The notes beneath the pieces are model-generated. The model was not told where the DNA came from. It was given only the letters and a program-made list of their open reading frames with translations, and made no database searches. The translations under genes were made by a program, and so were the position numbers. Positions 37,313 to 46,757 of a DNA stretch of 64,000 nucleotides are shown one piece after another (position 1 is the first letter of the stretch; the number at the start of each line of letters is the position of its first letter). The stretch is taken from the sequence record DRR378314_1378. One strand, 5' to 3'.

Positions 37313-38305
37313 CTACAGTTCGCTATTACTTTTTATCTGTCCGTACTTTATATAGCATTCACCTTTAAAGTCATCATATAAGTATTTGTTATCTTGACAT
37401 TTTTCAATTTGGCTTTGATCTATCCAAAAATTTATAATACTGATCAGATGAGATTGCCTCTCAAAAGAGAAGAAGTTGTGGTATTTCAAATAACCTTTAT
37501 CTAACAAACTTCGTTGCAATGCAAAAATATCAACTATCATTTCAAAAACAGTTGCTAACGGGAATTTAAAAATAGAATAATGTTTTATACCTATCGCATC
37601 ACAGATAGCTTTCAAAACGTCTTCAAAAATTAATAAAAGCACGATAATTTTTACTTTGTATGGATTGATTTGTGAACAAACTGCAGTGACAATTTTCTGG
37701 TCTTTATCATTAATAATGTGCTTAACTAATTCATATTTCATTTCATTCATATTTAGCCCCCTTGCAATGGTAAATACTTCTTTTTCAAAATTAATAAAAA
37801 AGGCAAATATGTATTCAACACGATTTTCGTCAACTTTATTATGAACATCATCTTTTGACTTAGGTTTAAGGTAGAAGCGGCAATATATAGATGTCGCATC
37901 ATTTGCCCTGATTAATTTGAACCCACCATTGTTAATCGCTGCTTCAAATTTTTCTTTAAAAAGTACAAGTTCTTTGTGGTAGAGATCTAATTTATGCTCA
38001 AATTCTTGCCTTTCCAAATTCCTTTTTTGATACTCTAAGTTTTCCTGAAATTGAATCGCTCTGAAATTCGCTGTTGCAAGTGTTGCCAGTGGAATTGATG
38101 AGCCCATAATCCATAATGGAACCGACATAAAAGTAAAAAAAGTCTCCAATGATTTTTTACTTGGCCACTCAAGTGATAAGTTATCGTTTTGCCATATGAA
38201 GCACATTAAGATAAAACTTGTAGCAATTGGTATTACAGTTGCTAACTTAAAGTATTTATAGTTGAACACACTTGGAGTTTTTACTTTTTGTTCGTCTTCA
38301 GGCAT
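37313..38305 (-). CDS. Cargo protein, two N-terminal TM helices plus soluble domain
   Basis: Hydrophobic segments then coiled coil; GGAG RBS; AT-rich. Confidence 0.6.
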   Translation of the reverse strand: MPEDEQKVKTPSVFNYKYFKLATVIPIATSFILMCFIWQNDNLSLEWPSKKSLETFFTFMSVPLWIMGSSIPLATLATANFRAIQFQENLEYQKRNLERQEFEHKLDLYHKELVLFKEKFEAAINNGGFKLIRANDATSIYCRFYLKPKSKDDVHNKVDENRVEYIFAFFINFEKEVFTIARGLNMNEMKYELVKHIINDKDQKIVTAVCSQINPYKVKIIVLLLIFEDVLKAICDAIGIKHYSIFKFPLATVFEMIVDIFALQRSLLDKGYLKYHNFFSFERQSHLISIINFWIDQSQIEKCQDNKYLYDDFKGECYIKYGQIKSNSEL

Positions 38306-38478
38306 GGTAGTTCTCTCCTTGATAGTTCGAAGAAAATATCAGATAGCACACATATGTAAAGTGTTTTACTCTACCAACATATTAGGGTGTGTTTTATTTT
38401 GTTAATAATTTGTTCAGTTTGGTTCTATATAAAGAGTTTTTGTACTACAGTGAGGTTTCCAAAACTAGAGGGAACTTT

Positions 38479-39429
38479 ATGAAAGTACGTATTATGGGAT
38501 TTACTATTGATCCTACCGAAAAGCCTAGCCTAAATCATTTAATGACAAATATTGAATCAAATTTTATCGACACCAATAAAAATGATGAAAAAAGAGGTGG
38601 TCGTTTACTTTTTGTTGATACTGAATCATATAACGACTATTACGTTGGCTTAGTTATTACAGCTAAAGACGCTAAAACGTATTGCCAGTTAAAGCAGGAT
38701 GCAAATGGCGCAATGAAACTAGTTGTATCTGATCTTGATCCTGATTCGAGCTTGATGGAGTTTAACTTTTTTGTTGTTAAAAAAGATAATGGTGTGGGCC
38801 TTTATCAGCATTATCATCAGTCTTGCAGTATGAATGGTGCGATGAAGCTGCTTAATCAACGTTTCAATATAGTACATCAGCAAAAAGTTGATGAAGCTAA
38901 AAAGCAATATATTCAGAATGAGAAGCTCTCTAAAAAGAAGGCAACTACTAAAGCTAATAAAGAACATCATGACCGCTTTAAATGGCAAATGCTTGTTAGT
39001 GAAGAAAAGCTAAACATAATTCTTGCTCACATGAAGCGAATTAAAGCGTTAGAATTAAACTTTTCGACTTTAGAGGCTGAGGCCGATGAATTTAGAGTGT
39101 TAAAAGATCACTTGGTAAAAAATACTCAACGCTTTCTTTTTAGTCAGCAATCAAAATTCAGTGATTTGGTTAACAATGTCATAACATGCGTAAATGATTC
39201 AAATGCTGATTCTGGTCGTGTTATTGCTGTCGATATTAACGATAATGAGCAAACATTTGATATTTCAGAAAACTTAGATATTTTTGGTGTGTATGACTTT
39301 GATGATGTCACTAAAGAGATTGACTTATTAGACATCGATGATTTTGCAAGTAGCTGGATGATTGAAGAGTTAATTAATATTTGTGAAGATCGTTCAGAGT
39401 ACTTTAAAGCTAAACTTAAGATAAAATAG
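38479..39429 (+). CDS. Soluble cargo protein, partner of the downstream TM protein (RexA/DUF4747-like architecture)
   Basis: GAGG RBS before ATG at 38479; 11-bp gap to the next gene. Confidence 0.55.
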   Translation: MKVRIMGFTIDPTEKPSLNHLMTNIESNFIDTNKNDEKRGGRLLFVDTESYNDYYVGLVITAKDAKTYCQLKQDANGAMKLVVSDLDPDSSLMEFNFFVVKKDNGVGLYQHYHQSCSMNGAMKLLNQRFNIVHQQKVDEAKKQYIQNEKLSKKKATTKANKEHHDRFKWQMLVSEEKLNIILAHMKRIKALELNFSTLEAEADEFRVLKDHLVKNTQRFLFSQQSKFSDLVNNVITCVNDSNADSGRVIAVDINDNEQTFDISENLDIFGVYDFDDVTKEIDLLDIDDFASSWMIEELINICEDRSEYFKAKLKIK

Positions 39430-39440
39430 AGGAACAAACT

Positions 39441-40052
39441 ATGGCTGGCATAAAGGTTCTACGCTACTGCTTAGTGTTTTCTTCCCTTATAATTGCGATT
39501 ATTTTTTGTTCTACTATTTGCTTAGATTTAGATCCAAATAAAGTGGTTAATTTTTATCAAATAAATATACGTAATAGTTTGTTTACTGGTTTTTTAACTC
39601 TTGGAGGTTTTTTACTCTCGCTAAAAACATTTATTATTGTTAAGTTGAAAGAAAATGTTTACGACCATGATGAATATGAAAGCCGTTTTAAAGAACAAAG
39701 TAAGCATAATACTAAATTGGTATTTTATGCACCGCTCAAAAACCTTAGTGACTTTTTATTTTGGACTGTAGTTAGCTGTATCAGTGCAGCTATAGCACAA
39801 CTAACACTCGGTTTATTTAACTGTTTTTATACAGCCTTGATTGCCATCTTCTTGGCAATATTTGCTGTTTGTGTGCTTATGTATTCGTTGTATCTTATCA
39901 AGCTATGTTTAGATGATTGGTTTGAATTTTTAAATATAGCAAGGGCAGTTAAGCAAATAAAGGAAGAAGAGGAAGAGAAGAAAAAAGAAAGAAAAAAACT
40001 CCGTTCCAAACTCTTCTATGCAAATTCTAAGGTATATAAAGCCCCTAAATAG
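39441..40052 (+). CDS. Four-TM cargo membrane protein
   Basis: Four hydrophobic helices; GAGGA RBS; charged C-terminal tail. Confidence 0.6.
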   Translation: MAGIKVLRYCLVFSSLIIAIIFCSTICLDLDPNKVVNFYQINIRNSLFTGFLTLGGFLLSLKTFIIVKLKENVYDHDEYESRFKEQSKHNTKLVFYAPLKNLSDFLFWTVVSCISAAIAQLTLGLFNCFYTALIAIFLAIFAVCVLMYSLYLIKLCLDDWFEFLNIARAVKQIKEEEEEKKKERKKLRSKLFYANSKVYKAPK

Positions 40053-40062
40053 GGGCTTTTTT
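40038..40062 (+). terminator. Intrinsic terminator
   Basis: AAAGCCCCTA-A-ATAGGGGCTTTTTT. Confidence 0.8.
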
Positions 40063-40150
40063 GTTTAAGGAAGTGATTTTATGCAAATTCCTGTAAGCGA
40101 TTTTAAGCACCTTACTTTGTTTTAGGCTACATTGCCTTGAGTGCAGACCG

Positions 40151-40209
40151 TTTAAACACGCTCAGTTTAATTTAAACACGGTTTAAATATGGTTTAACTT
40201 GGATTTAAA
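40151..40209. repeat. TTTAAA array, 11-bp period (near prophage centre)
   Basis: TTTAA(A/C) at 40171, 40182, 40193, 40204; an extra copy at 40151. Confidence 0.8.
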
Positions 40210-40210
40210 G

Positions 40211-40591
40211 TTATGGTTTAGTGTTTTGGTGGTTAAGCCATGTTTTATGAAATTGTTGCTTGGTGGGCTTGAACTCTAAATATAGATCGTTAGACATAGT
40301 AAGGTTGTTATTAAGCGTTAGCCGAATGTACTCAGACTCCGTTATAATTTGATCAGCATAAGCTTGGTTTACAGCATCTAAAAAGTCTGTGCTTGGGTTT
40401 GATTCTAATTTATTGGTAAGTGCTGCATATAATTGCGGCATTGCTTCGTCGGGGTTTGATGATAGGTATTTATCTGGGTTGTTGTAATAGACATAGGCAG
40501 CTATACCAATACAGTGCAAAACGATGGCTGCTGCGATAACCCAAAGTAGTTTATTAAATTTTTTTAGATATGTTTGTTTGATCATAACCAT
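40211..40591 (-). CDS. Hypothetical protein with N-terminal TM
   Basis: ORF with AAGGA RBS. Confidence 0.5.
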   Translation of the reverse strand: MVMIKQTYLKKFNKLLWVIAAAIVLHCIGIAAYVYYNNPDKYLSSNPDEAMPQLYAALTNKLESNPSTDFLDAVNQAYADQIITESEYIRLTLNNNLTMSNDLYLEFKPTKQQFHKTWLNHQNTKP

Positions 40592-40679
40592 TCCTTGGTG
40601 ATTTTGTATTTATTGAATATAGTTGTTAACAAATAAAGTTCAACTTAAATGAACCGAACAAATACTAAAGAGATATCAA

Positions 40680-41390
40680 TTGACTATAAATGAACCAAAT
40701 CACTATGCAAGAAACTTAAAGTTTGTTTCAACTCTATTTATTCTATATTGGGTTTTAGGGTTAGAACCTACCTCAGATGAAATACGATTGGCATTCATCA
40801 ATTACAAAATCACCAATGTAAATATGTTAGGTTGGATTGCTCACATTGTTTTATTTTACGTTTTATGGGCATTTCTTGTATCAAAAAAACATGATTTTTC
40901 ACGAGACTTTAAAATTAACTTTAGCAATAAATGGGCAGGGAAAGAGATTAAAATTAATAAAATAAAGCATCTCACCATAGCAAATAATGACTATGTTGCT
41001 AACTGGAAAGAGCCTTATGAAGCAAAGTATTTGAAGAAAGTTGAACAAAATAGTGATGGCGGCGTTGGACCATATAGAATAGAGCTTACCGGCTTTGCTT
41101 CTGGGTTAAACACCAATAAACCAGTAACCACAAAACCATACATTCGCTATATTGTTAAATATCCAAGTATGAGTTCAGAAGGAAGTAGTGAAAGAATTGG
41201 AGGCTTAGTTAATATTTCAAAACTTAGTTGGCACTATTGGATGTTTACAATTCTTATTCCTTTTTATTATTTTAAATTTAGCATAACTAATAGTCACTTC
41301 CAAGACACTACATTGCCTCTGATAATGTTTGTGCTCGCATTTTTGTCCAGTTTATTAAATTGGCAATCTATACAATTTCCATTTGGTTAA
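40680..41390 (+). CDS. Cargo membrane protein (2 TM + loop + 2 TM)
   Basis: Hydrophobic helices at both ends; AT-rich. Confidence 0.55.
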   Translation: MTINEPNHYARNLKFVSTLFILYWVLGLEPTSDEIRLAFINYKITNVNMLGWIAHIVLFYVLWAFLVSKKHDFSRDFKINFSNKWAGKEIKINKIKHLTIANNDYVANWKEPYEAKYLKKVEQNSDGGVGPYRIELTGFASGLNTNKPVTTKPYIRYIVKYPSMSSEGSSERIGGLVNISKLSWHYWMFTILIPFYYFKFSITNSHFQDTTLPLIMFVLAFLSSLLNWQSIQFPFG

Positions 41391-41450
41391 ATATTCCTTG
41401 CAGTGTGATTGATACCCGCTTAGCCTATATACGTTACCCCATTCCTCCCG

Positions 41451-41497
41451 CTGTAAAGTCTTTTCCAGCGGTTCAATAATTACTCCCCGCATACACT
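41451..41497 (+). promoter_or_regulatory. Putative activator-dependent late promoter (head operon)
   Basis: CTGTAAA-N4-TTTCCAGC-N22-TACACT; same spacing as 51352-51398. Confidence 0.65.
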
Positions 41498-41532
41498 GGG
41501 TGCCACTTAGTTAGTTTATTGGCACTTGGAAC

Positions 41533-42678
41533 ATGGCAGACAAAACAACCCAAAACACCCAATTTGATTGGTTTGAAGTTTTTAAAGCAGGCACGCAAAC
41601 CGACGCTAAGGGTGTTACTCATTCGTTTAGCGAAGCTGATTTAAACAGCGTTGTAACAAACTTTAAACCCAAAACCGCCCCGCTGGTTATTGGCCACCCT
41701 AAAATGGACGACCCTGCTTGGGGCTGGGCCAGTGAATTAAAAGCGGTTGGTGGCTCGTTGTTTGCCAAAGCTGAAGATGTATGCGCTGAGTTTGCACAAG
41801 CCGTTGAAAGCAAGCGCTACCCTAACCGCTCTGTACGTTTAGAAAAAACTGATAACGGCTATAAACTGGCACACATTGGCTATTTGGGCGGCAAGCCCCC
41901 CGCTGTTGAAGGTTTAGCTTGGCATTTTAACAAAGCTGATGACGCCGACACCCTTACCCTAGAATTTGCTGCCGGTGATATTGACAACATATCGCTGCGC
42001 ACATCAAACACCCTTACCCGTCTAATGGGCAACTTGCGCAACTTTTTAACTGACCGTTTTGGTAGTGAAGCGGCTGACAAAGTTGTGCCCGATTACGAAA
42101 GCGAATGGTTAAAAGAAGAAACCATTATTGCTGAGCACGAACGTGCTAAAGCCAATGCGGGTGAAGGTGCTGAATTTAGTAAAGGCGACGTTGACGCCAC
42201 ACCACCCACCCATGAGGACAATGCAATGGATGAAAAAGAAAGAAAGGCGCTGCAAGACCAGATTGATGCAGCTAACGCTAAAAACGCGAAACTTGAATAC
42301 GCGCAGCGTGTTGCAGCGGCTAACACCTTTATTAACAACGAAGTGAACGGCGGTAAAGCCCCGCGTTTAACAAACACCGAAGGTGTGGCTGAGTTTATGG
42401 CCAAGCTGGATGACGGCGACACCACTTTTGAGTTTGCTGCCGCTGACGGTAAAAGCCAAGAGCTTAAACCCGCAGCGTGGTTTGAAGGCTTTTTAAAGGG
42501 CTTGCCTGAGCAAACAGGCTTAACTCACGAGTTTAATAAGAACGATAAAGACGGCGAAGTCACTGACGACAGTGCAGAAACTTTGGCAGCGAAAGCACTT
42601 GAATTCCAACAATCACAATCTAGCAAAGGCATTGAAATTAGTATTACTGCCGCGTTAGACCACGTTAAAAAGGCATAG
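41533..42678 (+). CDS. Mu I-like prohead protease/scaffold; internal scaffold start at 42226
   Basis: APLVIGHP...PAWGW, YPNRS and LGGKPPAV motifs; in-frame GAGGA-N7-ATG at 42226. Confidence 0.85.
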   Translation: MADKTTQNTQFDWFEVFKAGTQTDAKGVTHSFSEADLNSVVTNFKPKTAPLVIGHPKMDDPAWGWASELKAVGGSLFAKAEDVCAEFAQAVESKRYPNRSVRLEKTDNGYKLAHIGYLGGKPPAVEGLAWHFNKADDADTLTLEFAAGDIDNISLRTSNTLTRLMGNLRNFLTDRFGSEAADKVVPDYESEWLKEETIIAEHERAKANAGEGAEFSKGDVDATPPTHEDNAMDEKERKALQDQIDAANAKNAKLEYAQRVAAANTFINNEVNGGKAPRLTNTEGVAEFMAKLDDGDTTFEFAAADGKSQELKPAAWFEGFLKGLPEQTGLTHEFNKNDKDGEVTDDSAETLAAKALEFQQSQSSKGIEISITAALDHVKKA

Positions 42679-42682
42679 AACC

Positions 42683-43078
42683 ATGGCACAACCAGGATTT
42701 ATTAGAAACTTTAGCTCAGAAGATATCATAGCTGCTAACCGCTTGGTGGTTGTATCGGCTGCGGCTGACTTTCATGTGGCGTTGGCGGTTGATGCCAGTG
42801 CCATGTATGCAGGTGTTACCGAGCAAGGCACAGATGAGCATTTGCGTGTTGACGTTGTAATGACCCAAAGCGCGCCAATTGAGTTTGGTGAAGCATTAAT
42901 TGCCGGCACCCCAATTGTGGCTGACAGCGAAGGTAAAGCCGTTGAGTTTGACCCTGCTAACTTTGTGGGTGAAAGCGAAGTGTACGTTGCAGGTTGGGTT
43001 ATGGAAGACGGTGAAGCCGGTGTCATCGGCGACGTATTTTTAAACCCGCATGTGTTAGCAACAATTCCGAGCGCATAA
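42683..43078 (+). CDS. Capsid cement/decoration protein (DUF2190-like)
   Basis: Between protease and capsid genes; D.EGKAV motif. Confidence 0.65.
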   Translation: MAQPGFIRNFSSEDIIAANRLVVVSAAADFHVALAVDASAMYAGVTEQGTDEHLRVDVVMTQSAPIEFGEALIAGTPIVADSEGKAVEFDPANFVGESEVYVAGWVMEDGEAGVIGDVFLNPHVLATIPSA

Positions 43079-43119
43079 CGCGCTTGGATTAACTTAAATT
43101 TATAAAGTGAGGATTTGCC

Positions 43120-44055
43120 ATGAGTAATGGTATGCCATTTACCCCCGACGTTGAGCAAACGGCCATCGCCATTGCTTATCGTAATAGAGCGCTGGTTGCA
43201 GATACACTTGCACCCTATTCACCTGTTGGTTTACGTAACTACAAATGGACTGAATATAAAAAAGGCGAAAAATTTACAGTCGTTGATTCAAAAATTGGAC
43301 GTAAATCAACCCCTAATCAAGTTGAGTTTAGTGTTGAAGAGAAAACCGGTTCAGTGGTTGATCATGGTTTGTCTGATGTGGTGCCGAATGACGATGTAAC
43401 CAATGCGCCTGCAAACTATAACCCGCGTACTCATGCAGCGGAGAGCTTAACTGACTTAGTATTGCTTAACCGTGAAATACGCGTTGCCACTATGTACAAC
43501 AAGTCGGCTAACTTTGGGAGTACTCAATCATTAGCTGCAGCAGGCCAAAAGCGTTTAGATGACGCGTCGCTTGATATTTTACCGTTCTTTTTAGAAATGC
43601 TCGATGAACCACTGATGCGCCCTAATGCAATGACATTATCGCAAAGTGTAGCTACAAAATTGCGAACTCACCCTAAGTTGTTAAAAGCATTTAATGGTAC
43701 CAGTGGCGACGAGGGCTTAGTGCCATGGAGTTACATTAAAGAAGTGCTAGAGCTTGAGCATGTAACTGTTGGCCAAGCACGCCTTAATACTGCGAAGAAA
43801 GGCCAAGCAGTTAATTTGCAAAAGGTTTGGCAAGATACCTTGTCGTTTACTTACCATGACCCGCTAGCCTCGTTTAATAACAACCGCATGACCTTTGCGC
43901 TCACCGCCCGTTATGGGTCGCGTACTTCGGGTAACCGTGACGTTGCTGCTGGTTTAAATGGTGGTGTTGAAATCATGGTAGGCGAAGCAGTACAAGAACA
44001 AATTATTGCCAAAGACTGCGGTATTTTGCTAACCAATGTGCTGACGCCAGCGTAA
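43120..44055 (+). CDS. Major capsid protein (HK97 fold)
   Basis: 311 aa; TAIAIAYRN...LNREIRVA; strong RBS; followed by a terminator. Confidence 0.85.
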   Translation: MSNGMPFTPDVEQTAIAIAYRNRALVADTLAPYSPVGLRNYKWTEYKKGEKFTVVDSKIGRKSTPNQVEFSVEEKTGSVVDHGLSDVVPNDDVTNAPANYNPRTHAAESLTDLVLLNREIRVATMYNKSANFGSTQSLAAAGQKRLDDASLDILPFFLEMLDEPLMRPNAMTLSQSVATKLRTHPKLLKAFNGTSGDEGLVPWSYIKEVLELEHVTVGQARLNTAKKGQAVNLQKVWQDTLSFTYHDPLASFNNNRMTFALTARYGSRTSGNRDVAAGLNGGVEIMVGEAVQEQIIAKDCGILLTNVLTPA

Positions 44056-44078
44056 TTAATCATTGTTGTTCCCTGTGT

Positions 44079-44115
44079 AAAAGCCCCAGTACCGACTTGC
44101 TCGGGGCTTTTTTTT
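44079..44115 (+). terminator. Intrinsic terminator after the capsid gene
   Basis: AAAAGCCCC...GGGGCTTTTTTTT. Confidence 0.75.
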
Positions 44116-44131
44116 ACTAACTGAGGTGTGC

Positions 44132-44599
44132 ATGTTTACTACAGAACAAGCAGTTATAGACAAAGTTGGCATTAATACGCTGTTGCAATTTGCGTCTAAT
44201 AAATTTAACGAGGTAGGCACTCGCGTGACGCGTGATGATGTTGAAGCCGCGCTTTTAAGTGAGACGTACAGCGAGTTGCAAGAGCAAATTAACGCCTGGT
44301 ATGTGCAAGCACAAAAAAATGTAAATGCGGTTATAGCGGGTTATGTATCGCGGTTTGCGTTAAACCAAGATGCTATTAATAACTCGGTATTGCCAGGCAT
44401 TGCTAACGATTTAATGCATTGTGAGTTAGCCACGAACATTGCTGACGAAAACCTTAAAGCCCTTAAAAGTAACGCCATGGCGATGCTTGATAAGGTTAGT
44501 AAAGGTGTGATCCAAATTAAGGAAGATGCGCCTGCAGGCGTAAGAACTGGGATGCGAACAAAACCTGCAAGCTCTCAATTTAATTGGGACCGCTATTAA
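44132..44599 (+). CDS. Mu gp36 / DUF1320-like head-tail adaptor
   Basis: IAGYVSRFAL...AMAMLDKVSKG motifs; synteny. Confidence 0.7.
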   Translation: MFTTEQAVIDKVGINTLLQFASNKFNEVGTRVTRDDVEAALLSETYSELQEQINAWYVQAQKNVNAVIAGYVSRFALNQDAINNSVLPGIANDLMHCELATNIADENLKALKSNAMAMLDKVSKGVIQIKEDAPAGVRTGMRTKPASSQFNWDRY

Positions 44600-45021
44600 T
44601 GGCGGGTGTATTTATAAATATAACTGGGAATGCCCTACCGCGCTTAACCCAAATTGCAAACGTAAGCGGTGAACCAGCTGATGTATTGGACGACATTGGT
44701 GCATTTTTAGACATGGACGTCACCACCCGATTTTTACGTGAAGTAACCCCCGAAGGCCGTAAATGGGAGCAATCGCAAGCAGCAAAAGACCGTGGCGGTT
44801 TAACGCTGACTGATGAGCGCAACCTTGCTGGCTCTGTTACGCATAACGTTAATGGCAATACGCTTGAGCATGGCTTAGGCGAAAAGTATTCAGCTATACA
44901 TCACTTTGGCGGTGAAACTGGCCGCAATAAAAGCGTGACGTTACCTGCACGGCCAATACTGGGTATAGCAGCAGTACAAGAGGCTGAGATTAACGACATC
45001 ATTACTGACTGGTTAATTTAA
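44599..45021 (+). CDS. Mu G (gp31)-like virion morphogenesis protein
   Basis: RF....PEG.KW, YSAIHHFGG and LPARPILG motifs. Confidence 0.85.
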   Translation: MAGVFINITGNALPRLTQIANVSGEPADVLDDIGAFLDMDVTTRFLREVTPEGRKWEQSQAAKDRGGLTLTDERNLAGSVTHNVNGNTLEHGLGEKYSAIHHFGGETGRNKSVTLPARPILGIAAVQEAEINDIITDWLI

Positions 45022-45055
45022 AGAGCATTTAAATGGCATTTAACTTTGATTTAAA
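45017..45055. repeat. TTTAAA array, 11-bp period, spanning a stop/start junction
   Basis: TTTAA(A/C) at 45017, 45028, 45039, 45050. Confidence 0.8.
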
Positions 45056-45476
45056 CAACATAGAAACCCTGCTAAACAACACTGTTTTTGATGCGAGCGT
45101 GGGGTTTGCCAGCGATTTTAATCATGTGCGTGAGCATGCTGTACACACTGCGCAGCTGTTTGTATTGCCATTGGCTGATGACAACACCAACACCAATGAA
45201 GTACACGGCGTTGATGAATACCAGATTAAAGATGTGTTTGCGGTGATGATTGTGATCCCCTGCGCTGCAGGTAATGCCCACAGCGATGCACAAGTAAAGC
45301 AATTGCGCAGTGATGTAAAAGCGGCGATTGCGGGATGCCAATACCCTGGGTGGGACCCAATAAAGCTTGATAAGGGTCGCACCATTGAGCTTAACAAAAA
45401 AACCAACAACCTAATTTACCAGTGCCAGTTTAGTGTAACTGGCCTACATACCGTAACTGTGAAGGTGATGCCATGA
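45033..45476 (+). CDS. Tail terminator-like protein
   Basis: Position before the tail tube; size. Confidence 0.6.
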   Translation: MAFNFDLNNIETLLNNTVFDASVGFASDFNHVREHAVHTAQLFVLPLADDNTNTNEVHGVDEYQIKDVFAVMIVIPCAAGNAHSDAQVKQLRSDVKAAIAGCQYPGWDPIKLDKGRTIELNKKTNNLIYQCQFSVTGLHTVTVKVMP

Positions 45477-45676
45477 GCAAACAAACCGAACAGCAATCAA
45501 CAAAACCCGCTGAACAAAAGGCTGTTGTAAATACAGTCCCTAAAAAGTCCCGCGCGATGACGATTGCCGAAAACGTTAACCAGGTGCTTGCAAGTACTAA
45601 AGGTAACAGAGACGAACTAGCTGGCGCTTTTAACTTAAAAAGCGGTGAGCTAATCAAAGTGGAGACTAACGCATGA
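45473..45676 (+). CDS. Small hypothetical tail-region protein
   Basis: Coupled start and stop with neighbours. Confidence 0.5.
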   Translation: MSKQTEQQSTKPAEQKAVVNTVPKKSRAMTIAENVNQVLASTKGNRDELAGAFNLKSGELIKVETNA

Positions 45677-46569
45677 GCTGGCGATTTAAAGACAAACTCA
45701 TTTTAGCGGATGCCCTGGGTACAACCTTAACGGGCCTACATGCAATTTATGCCAGTGACGTTGAATTGGCCCTTGAAAGCGAAAGCGAAAAAGACGAGCT
45801 AGAAACCAGTCACAGCGGTGCTAGCCTTGAAACGTTTTACGGTGAGCACATAAGCCTTAACTTTAAAACACCATTGGCTATGAGCGGCACTGTGGGTAAT
45901 GAGCCTGCCTTTGCCCCGCTGTTATTAGCCTGTGGCATGGTGCAAGTGGCTGATGCAAGCAGCGTTACGTTTACCAAAGGCGCGGCTGTAGCGGTTACCT
46001 GCAAAGTTCGCTTTGGTAAAAACACCCACAACATTAGTGAAATGAAAGGCAACGTAAGCTTTGCACTTGAAAAAGGCAAGCCGATGCTGAACTGGCAGTT
46101 TAAAGGGTTATTTAGTGCGCCGGTTGCAAGTGCTGCCACCCCTACTGTTGATTGGGATCGTTGGGTGCGCCCCGAAGTACTCGGCGTAAGTAACAGCAGT
46201 GATTTTAAGCTTAACGATGTTAAACGTACCCTGCACAAGCTTACGGTTGACTTAGGTAATAACGTGGTGTTTGACCGTGCCATTAACCATGAAGAAATAA
46301 TGATAACTGGTCACGAAAGCAGCGCCAATTTTACGCTAACCGCCGAAGAACTGGCCAGCTTTAACCCGTTTGACGATGTTGGCAAAGTGCAAAACTTTGA
46401 ATTTACCCACGGCACTGCAGCAGGTAAAAAAGTCACCATTATTGGCCGTTACCAAATGCCCTGGCCTAAATACACCAGCCTGGACTCTGAATTAACCGGT
46501 TATGAGTTTGACGGAAAACTGGTACCCAGTGGCGCTGGTTATGACGAACTAACGATAGTGTTTGAGTAA
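45673..46569 (+). CDS. Major tail tube protein
   Basis: P.FAPLLLACG motif; C-terminal G.DELTI; precedes chaperones and tape measure. Confidence 0.8.
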   Translation: MSWRFKDKLILADALGTTLTGLHAIYASDVELALESESEKDELETSHSGASLETFYGEHISLNFKTPLAMSGTVGNEPAFAPLLLACGMVQVADASSVTFTKGAAVAVTCKVRFGKNTHNISEMKGNVSFALEKGKPMLNWQFKGLFSAPVASAATPTVDWDRWVRPEVLGVSNSSDFKLNDVKRTLHKLTVDLGNNVVFDRAINHEEIMITGHESSANFTLTAEELASFNPFDDVGKVQNFEFTHGTAAGKKVTIIGRYQMPWPKYTSLDSELTGYEFDGKLVPSGAGYDELTIVFE

Positions 46570-46757
46570 TGGCTATGCGATTTCAAGCAATCAATATGAC
46601 AAATGTTGATAAAGGGAACGTTGAATTTTACACGGTCATTGCAAAGCCAAAAGGGAAAGCGCCAAGTTACTGCAGAGACAGTAACGGCATACTTAAATTT
46701 AATAGTCTTAAAGCCGCTAAAGACGAGGCTAAACGATTAACAAAAGCATATAAGTGA
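46569..46757 (+). CDS. Small basic hypothetical protein inserted in the tail operon
   Basis: 62 aa; coupled on both sides. Confidence 0.45.
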   Translation: MAMRFQAINMTNVDKGNVEFYTVIAKPKGKAPSYCRDSNGILKFNSLKAAKDEAKRLTKAYK

